This document shows positions 1-9,514 of a stretch of DNA of 60,564 nucleotides, piece by piece. A program made the translations under genes and the position numbers. Each line of letters starts with the position of its first letter. Positions within the stretch are counted from its first letter, which is position 1. The DNA is taken from NCBI GenBank assembly GCA_048883105.1, contig JBHLQY010000002.1:1-60564 (forward strand), read 5' to 3'. The stretch is from Candidatus Thorarchaeota archaeon (GTDB lineage Archaea > Asgardarchaeota > Lokiarchaeia > Sigyniarchaeales > SOKP01). A model generated the notes under the pieces. The model was not told the origin of the DNA, did not search any database, and saw only the letters and a program-made list of their open reading frames with translations.

Positions 1-338
1 ATCCTCCCCCAATTATTATTATCTTATAAATCCTTTTTTTTTTTATTTTTACCTTTTTTGAAAGTCTTATTCACATTTATTTTGCAAATATTATATAAAA
101 TCAGAGGTATTTAATTTTTAATAACACTAACAAATACTTATTACAATTATTATTAAGAGACTGTAAAAATTTTTTTAAAAATTATGTGATAAATGTGCCT
201 ATAGAGAGGGTCGAGTCGAAGAACCAAAAAGATTTATTTTAATAATTATATTCGCATAACATTTTGTTTTATAATATCCAAATAATATAAGATTATTTAT
301 TTTGATCGCTACAAATAAAGCTAGAGTTGATACAATAA

Positions 339-908
339 ATGATTTATCCTCTCCTAAGTTATTTTAACAATGTATCTGGACCAAGGATTTTATTAAAAGC
401 CCCCGAGCTAAGGACATCTATTCATCTAGATCACATTCCTCTTCTTATGGATCTCTACAGAGAAGGCTTTTTTATTCATGAATTTGGTCCTATAAGAACT
501 ATTAACCTGCTTTTTGAAATTTATAGCCCTTTGGCAAGAGGAAATGTGGAATTTATCATGGTAAGTCTTATCTGTTTTGAAAAACAATATAATTTAAGCT
601 CGTTTAAAGAAATAATGGAGTTTTTCGTGATTGAACTTCAAAATATTCCTGAAGTTTATAAAGGATTTCACTGTGAATCTGAAAAATTTGGAGCTAAAGA
701 AAAGTATTATGAAATCGTAAATCTTTTCCATTCATTTAATCAATCTTTACCAAAAGAAAAAGCCATAATCGAACAGAATGCAAATAAAATTTTTACCTAT
801 GGACTCTCAAAAACGGGAAAAAATAATATATTAAAATGTCTGCAAAAGAATTTATTACAAGCTAAATTTGGAAATAATAGAAATCCTTCTATATTAGGAA
901 AGTTCTAA
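339..908 (+). CDS. Hypothetical protein with a longin/roadblock-like N-terminal region and a short C-terminal P-loop-like remnant
   Basis: 189-aa ORF with an ATG start and no enzyme motifs. The C-terminal FTYGLSKTGKNNIL resembles the Walker A segment GLDNAGKTSIL of the GTPase at 33906, but the ORF stops about 30 aa later. A T10 run follows the stop. Confidence 0.4.
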   Translation: MIYPLLSYFNNVSGPRILLKAPELRTSIHLDHIPLLMDLYREGFFIHEFGPIRTINLLFEIYSPLARGNVEFIMVSLICFEKQYNLSSFKEIMEFFVIELQNIPEVYKGFHCESEKFGAKEKYYEIVNLFHSFNQSLPKEKAIIEQNANKIFTYGLSKTGKNNILKCLQKNLLQAKFGNNRNPSILGKF

Positions 909-918
909 TTTTTTTTTT
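909..918 (+). terminator. Oligo-T tract (10 T) immediately after the stop codon; archaeal-type terminator candidate
   Basis: The TAA at 906-908 is followed directly by tttttttttt. Confidence 0.4.
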
Positions 919-1103
919 AATGTTTTCTTTCAGAAAATTTCTTTATTATTTTTCGAAAATAGAGAGACAAAATAAGTCTAATAACCTCTTTTACCACTCG
1001 AAATATTATCCAAAATAAAGAAAAGTTTTTAATTATAAAATATATTTCATATTAAAAAGTAATATCTCAGTGTATTATACTTAAATCAGCAAGATTCTTT
1101 TCA

Positions 1104-1679
1104 ATGGACGTTATTAATATTGTAATTCACGGTCGAGGTGGGCAAGGTGCAGTTACTGCGTGCGAAATTATTGCAGAAGCAGCTTTTTTAGGAGGAGAAT
1201 TTGCTGATGTTCACGCATATCCTTCTTTTGGAGCTGAGAGGAGGGGAGCGCCTGTCCAAGCGTTTGCTAAACTTTCTAAAAAAGAAAAAATATGGGATCG
1301 TGCTCAAATAGAAGCTCCAGATATTATAATTGCTCTTGATGAGACTGTATTAAATCAAACAATTACTTCTTCTTTAAAAAAAGACGGAATTTTTATTATA
1401 AATTCTGAAAAAGAACCGAAATATTTTGCAGATAAATATAACCTATCTAACATTAGGATTATTGTTGCTGATATAAATAAATTGGCTTTAGAGAAAGGCT
1501 TAATCATTGATGGAGCGCCAATAGTTAATACTCCAATTTTAGGTTTACTTTCTAAATCTCTAACTGGCTTAAGTTTAGATAATTTAAATAAAGTTGTTCA
1601 AAAAAGAATGAACAAAAATTTAGCTAGATTAAACATTGAACTGATTGAAGAAGGATATAAATTAGCAAAAATTTTGTAA
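1104..1679 (+). CDS. porG: Pyruvate/2-oxoacid:ferredoxin oxidoreductase, gamma subunit
   Basis: N-terminus IVIHGRGGQGAVTACEIIAEAAFLGG...YPSFGAERRGAPV is the hallmark of POR/VOR gamma subunits. The length of 191 aa also fits. Confidence 0.85.
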   Translation: MDVINIVIHGRGGQGAVTACEIIAEAAFLGGEFADVHAYPSFGAERRGAPVQAFAKLSKKEKIWDRAQIEAPDIIIALDETVLNQTITSSLKKDGIFIINSEKEPKYFADKYNLSNIRIIVADINKLALEKGLIIDGAPIVNTPILGLLSKSLTGLSLDNLNKVVQKRMNKNLARLNIELIEEGYKLAKIL

Positions 1680-1701
1680 ATGTTTCTTGATACATTTTAA
1701 C

Positions 1702-4700
1702 TTAAATGATAGGGAGTCTAACATTAAATATACACCCTCTATTCCTTCCAGTAGATTCCACCCAAATTTTTCCGCCATGTAGATCAACTATTTGTTTGGT
1801 GATATATAATCCAAGACCAGAACCTTCCATGTCGACATATTCTAAGCCCTCCCCGTATCTTTCGATTTTACCAAATCTGGTAAATATCCTTTTCATTTCT
1901 TCTTCAGTAAATCCTACTCCTGTATCGCTAACCGAAAATATTGCCCAATTGCCATATTTCTCTAAAGCTAAACTTACTCTACCTTTAGGAGGAGAATTCT
2001 TTATAGCATTCGATAATAAATTTGTAATTACTTGTTCCATTCTACTACTATCAATTTCTAAATATAAATCGTCAGGGACTACTAAATTTAGGTTAATATC
2101 TCGTTTTTTTATTAAATATTTCATATCGCTAACGGTATCTTTAATCATTTCACCCAAATTGGTCATTTGTTTCTTTAGTTCGAATTTTTCGTATTCAATT
2201 CGAGTTATATCAAGTAAATTTTCAACCAATTTAGCTAAACGCTTACCTCCCTTCTCAATCATTTCTAATATTTCTAATTGTTCCTTATCAAATTTATACG
2301 AGTGTAGAAGATATTCAGAACCACCTAACACAGGAATTAAAGGCGTTTTTAATTCGTGTGATACTCTCGAGATAAGCTCCTTTCTAATATGATCTAACTC
2401 TTTTAGTTTTTCTACTTCCTCCTTAACCAGAAGCTCAGCTTTTTTACGTTCCGTGATATCATACCCCATAACTTGGATAAATGTCTTATTACCTAATTTG
2501 ATGCTTGTAGACATAATATTTGCCCAAAATAAAGTCCCATCTTTCTTATATAATTTAACATCAATAGGGGGTAGTGATTGTCCTTTAAAAAATAATTTCA
2601 ATCGTTTAGCAAATAATGGTACAAATTCTGGATGAACGATTGAAAGATTGTAGAGTGATCTACCGATTAATTCTTCCTTTTTATATCCAATAATTTCTTC
2701 AGATGCAGGATTACAGTCCCTAACGATATTATTATAATCTATCAATATTATCGCAAAAGGGGAATTTTCAAAAAGATGACGATATCTTTCTTCCGAACGC
2801 TTTAACCTTTGCTCCAATTTGAATCTCTCACTGATATCAGCGACAGTTCCTTCAATTCTTATTGGTTTTCCGTTTTCATCTCTGATTAAATGAGAATCCA
2901 CTCGTAAAGCTACATCTAAATTATACCTATTTTTACCCTGAGCGATGAAATCATCAATAATATTGTGTTCTAATAATTCTTTAACAAATTTCTTTCGATC
3001 TTCATCGGTTTTCCAAAAATCTAAAGTGTTCATTTCATTTATATTTATAGATTCATCATATCCCATTATTTTCCTAAATGCTGGATTAATATTTAGTATT
3101 GAACCATCCCAAGCTATTTGATAAAAGCCTAAATCTAACTCATCAATCATTTTTCTGTACTTTTCTTCTGAGTCCTTTAATTTTTCTTCTGCTTTTTTTT
3201 TATCGGTAATGTCTATTAGTATAATGAGGTCTGCGGGTCTGTTTTGATATGTTATCGTTTTCGAATAATTTTCCACCCATCGAACCTCTCCCGTCTTTTT
3301 AATGATTTTAAGAACATATTGATTTATAACATCTTCTAAACCTTTCTGCTTTTTACTAGCTTGTTTAAAAACTACTTTTTGATAATCTGGGTGGATTATG
3401 TTTATATATTCTTCAGGATTCCAGCGTTTCATTTCCTCAATTGAGTATCCGCATAATTCCGAGAGATGTTGATTAGCATATTTAACTAAATTATCTTGAA
3501 GAATACAAATACCTAGGAGAGATTGTTCGGTAATTGTTCTAAACTTTCCTTCTGATTCCTTTAATTTCTTTTCTGCGTCTCTTTTTTCTGTGACATCTCT
3601 CAGAAAACCGCTGAAACCGACTTTATCTCCATTAAAATCATATCTTAAATAGACTGAAGATTCACCATATATTATCCTTCCATCTTTACTAATAATTTCG
3701 TATTGAAGGCTTTTTTCTGGGATTCCAGTATTATATACATCGTTAAATACTTCAAATGTTCTTTTACTATTCTCTTCAGACATGTAATTACTAAAATTCG
3801 TTCCCATTGCCTCTTCTCGAGTATAACCTGTCATTTCGCATAAAGCGTCGTTGAAAAAAGTAAAGCTCCCCTTTAAATCGACTTCAAAATAACCCTCTTT
3901 AATGCTCTCAATAATATTTCTATATTTTTCTTCGGATTCTCTTAATTTTTGCTCAGCATTTTTGCGTTCAGTAATATCTACAAAAACTTCTTGAACAGCA
4001 GGTTTTCCATTAAAAGTTAAGATTGTAGCATACATCTCTACGGTTCGAACAATTCCATCCTTTCGAATTACACGAAATTCATAATGTGAAGGCACTTTCT
4101 TTCCATTTAAACGTTCCATATGACGATTTGAAACTAATTCTCTATCATCATGGTATATTAAATTTATAACTTCTTCCGAAGACAAAGATAATAATTCTTC
4201 AATATTATATCCTAAGATCTCTGATAAGGCTTTATTAGCAAATATTATTCTAAGATCTTGCAGAATGCAAATTCCTTGTAATGATTTTTCCACAAGAATT
4301 CGATATTTTTCTTCGGATTCTTTTAAGCTTTGTTCGGCAGCTTTCCGATGCGTAATATTTCTTGAAACTATTTGGATAAGCATTTCATTCTCCAATTTAA
4401 CCAAAGAAACATAAGATTCCACTATAACTTTTTTGCCTCTTTTATCCACATATTCAAATTCTATAGGATAATTAATTTCGCCCTTTTTTATCTTCTCAAA
4501 CATCTCAATTAAGTTGGGTATTTTATTTCTTGGCATAGTATATAGGTCAATAAAATTCTTACCTACTATTTCTTTTCTATCTAACTCAATAAGAAGTTCA
4601 GTCTCTTTATTACAATCAATAATAATTCCATTTTTATCTAACAATACTATTGAATTAGGTGAAGTTTCAACTAAAATTCTATATTTTTCTTCAGATTCTT

Positions 4701-6597
4701 TTAAATCTTGTTCAGCTTTTTTCTTCTTTGTTATATCCTGTATTAAAATTTGTATTAAGGTTTCATTTTCTATTTCTATTAAAGAGGCATGTAAACTTAG
4801 CCATTTAATATCCCCGATTGATCTATATATTGGAAATTCAACAGCCTCTATAATCTCACCCTTAATTATGGTATAGAATAACTCTTTGAATATCGGCGAA
4901 AGATGTTTGTTTCTATCGGTTAATGAAACAATCTCTGTGAAATTTTTCCCAATTAAATCTTCTTTAGTATGGATAGAAAGAAACTTATTTACCGCAGTAT
5001 TGCAATCTATTAAATTTCCTTTTAAATCTAATAATCCTATGAAATATGGAGAACGTTCGAATAAATGCCGGTATTTTAATTCAGAATCTTTTAATTTTAG
5101 TTCTGCTCGTTTCCGATCGGTAATATTGCGAACAATTCCTTGAATAACTTTATTTTCACCTAGGTTAAAGATACTTGATGAAACTTCGGCAGGAAATATA
5201 ACACCGTTCTTTTTTTTAAAATTAATCTCAAATCTTACAAAACCTTTTTGCGAAATTTCTTCAAAAGCTTTTTTAGACATTGAAAGGGCTTCGTTTGGAT
5301 GTATCTCAGCTATTTTGAGGGATAGCATCTCTGATTTTGTATAACCAAATAGATCTAATACTTTTTGATTTACATCTATAATATTACCCTCTAAATCATG
5401 AATGAAGATGGCATCATTCGAACCTTGAAAAAGGTTGCTATATTTTTCTTCAGATTCTCTTAACTTTTGTTCACTTTTTATTCTTTCTGAAATATCAATA
5501 AATACACCCTCTATTGTCCCTTTTTCTTGATTAATTTCACCAGAAATAGATATTTCCTTTCTATTTCCATCTTTATCAACCAATTCTGCCTCAAAACCAG
5601 ATTTTACACCATATTCTCTTAATTGCCTGATGAATTCTACCCTATCTTCATAATTAAAAAGTTTTATAGCAGTACTATTATTCATCAAATCCTCGGCATT
5701 TTCATAGCCTGCAATTTTAGCAGCAGTATCGTTTGCTCTAATAAATTTACCATCTTCTATTCTTGAAGTCCATAAACCTGCAAGAGCATTTTCGTATAAA
5801 TTTCGAAATTTGTTTTCGGATTCTTTTATTTTTTGTTCTGCAAACTTGCGTTCAGTGATATCTTTAATTAAAGCACCTATTTTTGTAGGATTTCCCTGCT
5901 CATCCTTGATTAACCATCCTGTTAGTGATATAGGAAATATCGTTCCATCTTTTCTTATATATTCCTTTTCAAACGTTCCTTGTCCCTCAAACATGAAATT
6001 TTTAATTGCCTCTGCTTCAGCCTCGTGCCATTTCTTCGGAGTGATTAATTGGAAATTCATGCTTTTAAGTTCTTCTAATGTATAACCAAGCATGTCTTGA
6101 TAAGCTTTATTGGCATTAAGAAATTTACCATCCAGTGTAGTAGTTACAATACCATCTGGGCTTGATTTAAATAGATTTTTATATCTTTCTTCACTCTCTC
6201 TTAAGGCATTTTCAAATTTCTTGCGCTTGGTAATGTCTCTTGCAATTGTAAGGATTTTTCTTTTTCCCTCTTGGTCATTAAACACTTTACTCTTAACATG
6301 AATCCATCCATAAAAACCCTTTTTATTTCTCATTCTTAATTCTCCCGTATATTCACCAACTTCAAAAGCTTTTTGTATGGCTTTTTTAGCACCTTCTCTC
6401 TCATCTGGATGAACCAAATCTAACGCTGGTTTACCTATTAAATCTTCTCTTTCATAACCAGTTAATTTCAAATGAGTTTTCTCGTTAATAAATTCATATT
6501 CAGATTTTTCGTTAAGAACAGCAATCAAATCGTTAGCATTTTCTAGAATGAGACGATATTCCTCTTCAGTTTTTTTTTTTCTAATATCTTCATTCAA
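1702..6597 (-). CDS. Multi-PAS sensor histidine kinase (11 tandem PAS-type modules plus HisKA and HATPase_c)
   Basis: - 1631 aa with eleven repeats, each introduced by a linker of the type ITERKxAEQKLxESEEKYR.
- H-box SHELKTPL, N-box NLLSNAIKNSP, G1 DTGVGF and G2 GSGLGL lie at the C-terminus.
- The apparent start codon is TTG. Confidence 0.9.
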   Translation of the reverse strand: MNEDIRKKKTEEEYRLILENANDLIAVLNEKSEYEFINEKTHLKLTGYEREDLIGKPALDLVHPDEREGAKKAIQKAFEVGEYTGELRMRNKKGFYGWIHVKSKVFNDQEGKRKILTIARDITKRKKFENALRESEERYKNLFKSSPDGIVTTTLDGKFLNANKAYQDMLGYTLEELKSMNFQLITPKKWHEAEAEAIKNFMFEGQGTFEKEYIRKDGTIFPISLTGWLIKDEQGNPTKIGALIKDITERKFAEQKIKESENKFRNLYENALAGLWTSRIEDGKFIRANDTAAKIAGYENAEDLMNNSTAIKLFNYEDRVEFIRQLREYGVKSGFEAELVDKDGNRKEISISGEINQEKGTIEGVFIDISERIKSEQKLRESEEKYSNLFQGSNDAIFIHDLEGNIIDVNQKVLDLFGYTKSEMLSLKIAEIHPNEALSMSKKAFEEISQKGFVRFEINFKKKNGVIFPAEVSSSIFNLGENKVIQGIVRNITDRKRAELKLKDSELKYRHLFERSPYFIGLLDLKGNLIDCNTAVNKFLSIHTKEDLIGKNFTEIVSLTDRNKHLSPIFKELFYTIIKGEIIEAVEFPIYRSIGDIKWLSLHASLIEIENETLIQILIQDITKKKKAEQDLKESEEKYRILVETSPNSIVLLDKNGIIIDCNKETELLIELDRKEIVGKNFIDLYTMPRNKIPNLIEMFEKIKKGEINYPIEFEYVDKRGKKVIVESYVSLVKLENEMLIQIVSRNITHRKAAEQSLKESEEKYRILVEKSLQGICILQDLRIIFANKALSEILGYNIEELLSLSSEEVINLIYHDDRELVSNRHMERLNGKKVPSHYEFRVIRKDGIVRTVEMYATILTFNGKPAVQEVFVDITERKNAEQKLRESEEKYRNIIESIKEGYFEVDLKGSFTFFNDALCEMTGYTREEAMGTNFSNYMSEENSKRTFEVFNDVYNTGIPEKSLQYEIISKDGRIIYGESSVYLRYDFNGDKVGFSGFLRDVTEKRDAEKKLKESEGKFRTITEQSLLGICILQDNLVKYANQHLSELCGYSIEEMKRWNPEEYINIIHPDYQKVVFKQASKKQKGLEDVINQYVLKIIKKTGEVRWVENYSKTITYQNRPADLIILIDITDKKKAEEKLKDSEEKYRKMIDELDLGFYQIAWDGSILNINPAFRKIMGYDESININEMNTLDFWKTDEDRKKFVKELLEHNIIDDFIAQGKNRYNLDVALRVDSHLIRDENGKPIRIEGTVADISERFKLEQRLKRSEERYRHLFENSPFAIILIDYNNIVRDCNPASEEIIGYKKEELIGRSLYNLSIVHPEFVPLFAKRLKLFFKGQSLPPIDVKLYKKDGTLFWANIMSTSIKLGNKTFIQVMGYDITERKKAELLVKEEVEKLKELDHIRKELISRVSHELKTPLIPVLGGSEYLLHSYKFDKEQLEILEMIEKGGKRLAKLVENLLDITRIEYEKFELKKQMTNLGEMIKDTVSDMKYLIKKRDINLNLVVPDDLYLEIDSSRMEQVITNLLSNAIKNSPPKGRVSLALEKYGNWAIFSVSDTGVGFTEEEMKRIFTRFGKIERYGEGLEYVDMEGSGLGLYITKQIVDLHGGKIWVESTGRNRGCIFNVRLPII

Positions 6598-6852
6598 GAT
6601 TTTTTCACCATTTTCTTTTATTGATGGCTTTTAAAATTAAAAAAATTATATTTATTCTTACAATTAGTCAGAGTATTTAATTTACTCAAAAGAAATAAGG
6701 AAATATTGAATATATATTTCTTACTCTTTATCGTTATTTTTACGCACTATAACAAATAATTAAAAATTATAATTTTTTTGATTAAAATCTGGTTAAATAA
6801 TAAAGAAAAGAGTTTTATTTCAAGAGCTATTAAATAGGGTAATAGTCTAAAT

Positions 6853-7173
6853 ATGTCTAATTGTGTTATTTCTATGACAGATTCGAAAAAAGATTATCAA
6901 AAAATATTAGCCTCAGTTCAAAAACCAGTTATCGGTGAGGCTGGCAAAACAGGTACATGGAGTAGTTTAAAACCCATAATTGATGAAACAAAATGCATAC
7001 CAGTAAAAACAGGAAAACCTTCTTGTTTTAATTGTTGGCTTTATTGTCCAGATTCATGTGTTTCAAGAACTATTCCACCTAAAATCAACAATGACTATTG
7101 TAAAGGATGTGGTATATGTATGGAAGAATGTCCTGTAAAAGCGATTTCAATGAAAGAGGCGAAAGTTCTATGA
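6853..7173 (+). CDS. porD: Pyruvate/2-oxoacid:ferredoxin oxidoreductase, delta subunit (2x[4Fe-4S] ferredoxin-like)
   Basis: Cys clusters CFNCWLYCPDSC and CKGCGICMEECP are present. The size (106 aa) and the position directly before the alpha subunit fit porD. Confidence 0.85.
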   Translation: MSNCVISMTDSKKDYQKILASVQKPVIGEAGKTGTWSSLKPIIDETKCIPVKTGKPSCFNCWLYCPDSCVSRTIPPKINNDYCKGCGICMEECPVKAISMKEAKVL

Positions 7174-8432
7174 TTCAAAGTGAAATATCAGCAAAAAATA
7201 AAAAAGTAGAAATCTTAACAGGAAATCATGCAGCTGCTTATGCATTTAGACAAGCAAGGGTAGGTGTCATTTCTGCCTATCCGATAACGCCTCAAAGCCC
7301 CGTTGTAGAGAAAATATCTGAATTTATTCGTGATGGGAAATTAAAAGCAAGATTTCTGATGGTTGAATCTGAACATTCTGCGGCTGCGGCTTGTTGCGCA
7401 GCTTCTGCTACAGGTTCAAGAGTGGGGACTGCGACTTCAGCACACGGTCTTATGCTAATGTATGAGCTTTTGCCGTGGGCATCAGGAACTAGATTGCCCA
7501 TTGTAATAAATTTAGCTACTAGAAGCTGTGGAGCCCCTTGGTCAGTTTGGGATGACCATTCAGATTTCATTACGGTAAGAGATGTTGGCTGGATTCAATT
7601 TATGTGCGAAGATAATCAAGAAATCTATGATACCAACATTCAGGCATTTAAAATAGCAGAAGATCCAAGAGTCTATCTACCTACAATCGTAGCTTATGAT
7701 GGCTATATTCTCTCGCATACTATGATGCCAGTATTGTTAGAAACCCAAATGGAGATTGATGAATTCTTACCTCCAATAAAACATCACATTAATTTATCAG
7801 ATCTCTCACAAGTAAAAGGAGTAGGACCGGTGACATTACCTAATGTTGTGAAGAGAAAGGAAGGAACAGCTCCAGGTTATTACGAATTTAGATACTCTTT
7901 ACAAAAGGCTTTAGAAAATTCTATTGATGTTATTATAGAGGTTCATGACGAGTTCGCAGAGAAATTTGGTAGATCTTATGGAAATGGATTGTTTAAAACA
8001 TTTAAAACGGAAGATGCTGATACAATTATTTTCTGTATGGGATCGGTTTCTTCGCAAGCGAAAACTGTTATTAAAAAACTGCGAAATGAAGGAATAAAGC
8101 TAGGCTTAGTAAGTTTAAGATTATTTAGACCTTTTCCTGTGAAATATTTAAGGGAATTTTTTAAAGGCAAAAAGAATGTTATAGTTTTTGATAGAGAAAT
8201 AGGTTATGGATACGAAGGTGTTTTATCATATGAATTAAAAGCTGCGCTCTATGGTTTAAAAGATTATCCTTTTATTAAGGGTTTTATTGTCGGATTAGGT
8301 GGAAGGGATGTAAAAAATGAACATATTATAGATGGAGTTCATAGAGCTTTAGAAGAATCTAAAAAGGGGGATATTATACATGAAACTGAATTTTTAGGAT
8401 TGAAATTAGATGAACTAGATTTTTTGGATTGA
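7170..8432 (+). CDS. porA: Pyruvate/2-oxoacid:ferredoxin oxidoreductase, alpha subunit
   Basis: LTGNHAAAYAFRQARVGVISAYPITPQS is the typical POR alpha N-terminus. The ATG at 7170 overlaps the porD stop codon (ATGA). The ORF-track start at 7107 would overlap porD by 67 nt. Confidence 0.85.
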   Translation: MIQSEISAKNKKVEILTGNHAAAYAFRQARVGVISAYPITPQSPVVEKISEFIRDGKLKARFLMVESEHSAAAACCAASATGSRVGTATSAHGLMLMYELLPWASGTRLPIVINLATRSCGAPWSVWDDHSDFITVRDVGWIQFMCEDNQEIYDTNIQAFKIAEDPRVYLPTIVAYDGYILSHTMMPVLLETQMEIDEFLPPIKHHINLSDLSQVKGVGPVTLPNVVKRKEGTAPGYYEFRYSLQKALENSIDVIIEVHDEFAEKFGRSYGNGLFKTFKTEDADTIIFCMGSVSSQAKTVIKKLRNEGIKLGLVSLRLFRPFPVKYLREFFKGKKNVIVFDREIGYGYEGVLSYELKAALYGLKDYPFIKGFIVGLGGRDVKNEHIIDGVHRALEESKKGDIIHETEFLGLKLDELDFLD

Positions 8433-8436
8433 GGGG

Positions 8437-9345
8437 ATGAGAAATATGGTAAAAGTAATGGATGTTCGAGAAGAGGAATTTATATATCCAGGCACAAGAA
8501 TGTGTGCCGGATGTGCGATGGCGCTAATTTATAGAGTTGCTCTTAAAGCTCTTGGTCCAAAAACGATACTTACGGTGCCTGCTTCGTGTCTGACAGTACT
8601 TCATGGAATGCAAGGTTTTTGTACTACTAAGCTTTCTGTACTTCATACTCCTTTTGCGACTACGGGAGCTGCTGCCTCTGGTATAGTAGCATCATTGGAA
8701 GAAAAAGGTCTGGGCGATGAAATAACTGTAGTTGCATTCGCTGGTGATGGGGGTACTACTGATATTGGTATTCAAGCACTTAGTGGAGCCGCAGAAAGAG
8801 GTACCGATTTCATTTATGCTTGTTATGATAATGAGGCGTATATGAATACAGGGGTTCAGAGGAGTGGATCAACACCTCTCGGAGCCTTCACAGCAACGAC
8901 TCCGGGGGGAAAAAAATTACCTAAAAAGAATATGCCAAAAATTCTTGAAGCTCATGGAATTCCGTATGTAGCAACTGCTAACGGTTCTTATCCTCTTGAT
9001 TTGTATGAAAAATTTCAAAAAGCCCGAGATATAAAAGGAACTAGATATATACATATTCTTTCAGCTTGCCCTCCAGGTTGGGGTTATGATCCAAAAGATT
9101 CAATCAAAGTGGGAAGATTGGCCACAGAAACGGGATTCTGGCCTTTGTACGAAGTTATTAATGGTAAATTCATCTTATCTAATATTAGTAAGAAATATTT
9201 GGATCCTTCTAATAGAAAACCTGTTGAAGAATATTTAAAAGCTCAAAAGAGATTTAGTAGAATAACTGCTGAAGAAATTATTCAGTATAAAGCATATATC
9301 GATGGTCAATGGAACGAAATCAAATTAAGATTAGAAAGTCAATGA
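8437..9345 (+). CDS. porB: Pyruvate/2-oxoacid:ferredoxin oxidoreductase, beta subunit (TPP-binding)
   Basis: CAGCAM near the N-terminus, and a GDGGTTDIG...YDNEAYMNTG TPP-binding motif. An alternative ATG at 8446 is better spaced from the gagggg Shine-Dalgarno-like element. Confidence 0.85.
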   Translation: MRNMVKVMDVREEEFIYPGTRMCAGCAMALIYRVALKALGPKTILTVPASCLTVLHGMQGFCTTKLSVLHTPFATTGAAASGIVASLEEKGLGDEITVVAFAGDGGTTDIGIQALSGAAERGTDFIYACYDNEAYMNTGVQRSGSTPLGAFTATTPGGKKLPKKNMPKILEAHGIPYVATANGSYPLDLYEKFQKARDIKGTRYIHILSACPPGWGYDPKDSIKVGRLATETGFWPLYEVINGKFILSNISKKYLDPSNRKPVEEYLKAQKRFSRITAEEIIQYKAYIDGQWNEIKLRLESQ

Positions 9346-9514
9346 TTTATTTAGCTATTTACTAAAATTATCTTATATCCTGTTTTTTCGTAAATTTTTA
9401 TGCACACATTTTTTAATTTTTAACTTCTTATATCTTCTATTCATTTAAATTAAAATTATTAAAACACCATTAGATTGATAAATTAATAACCTTTAATATA
9501 CTAAAATTAATGTC

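Noticed and set aside
1-338. The window start (atcctccccc...) and the 338-bp leader were examined for an rRNA 3' end, a tRNA or another structured RNA.
   Set aside because: There is no GC-rich stem-forming segment of tRNA or rRNA type. The rest is AT-rich spacer. The same negative result held for all other intergenic regions scanned by eye.
1706-6301. Plus-strand ORFs inside the histidine kinase gene: 1706-2392, 2453-2635, 4514-4876, 4886-5143, 5810-6085 and 6110-6301.
   Set aside because: They are shadow ORFs antisense to a 1631-aa gene with unambiguous PAS/HisKA/HATPase motifs. Their translations are low-complexity Ser/Ile/Phe/Leu-rich, as expected from the reverse complement of Lys/Glu/Asn-rich coding sequence.
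6762-6777. A perfect 16-bp palindrome, aaaaattataattttt, about 75 bp upstream of porD.
   Set aside because: It consists only of A and T in an extremely AT-rich spacer, where such palindromes are expected by chance. I cannot show enrichment or a second copy, so it is noted only as a possible operator.
7107-7169. The 5' extension of porA given in the ORF track (MWYMYGRMSCKSDFNERGESS).
   Set aside because: It overlaps the Cys-rich C-terminus of porD in another frame. The ATG at 7170 gives a standard POR-alpha N-terminus and an ATGA stop/start overlap.
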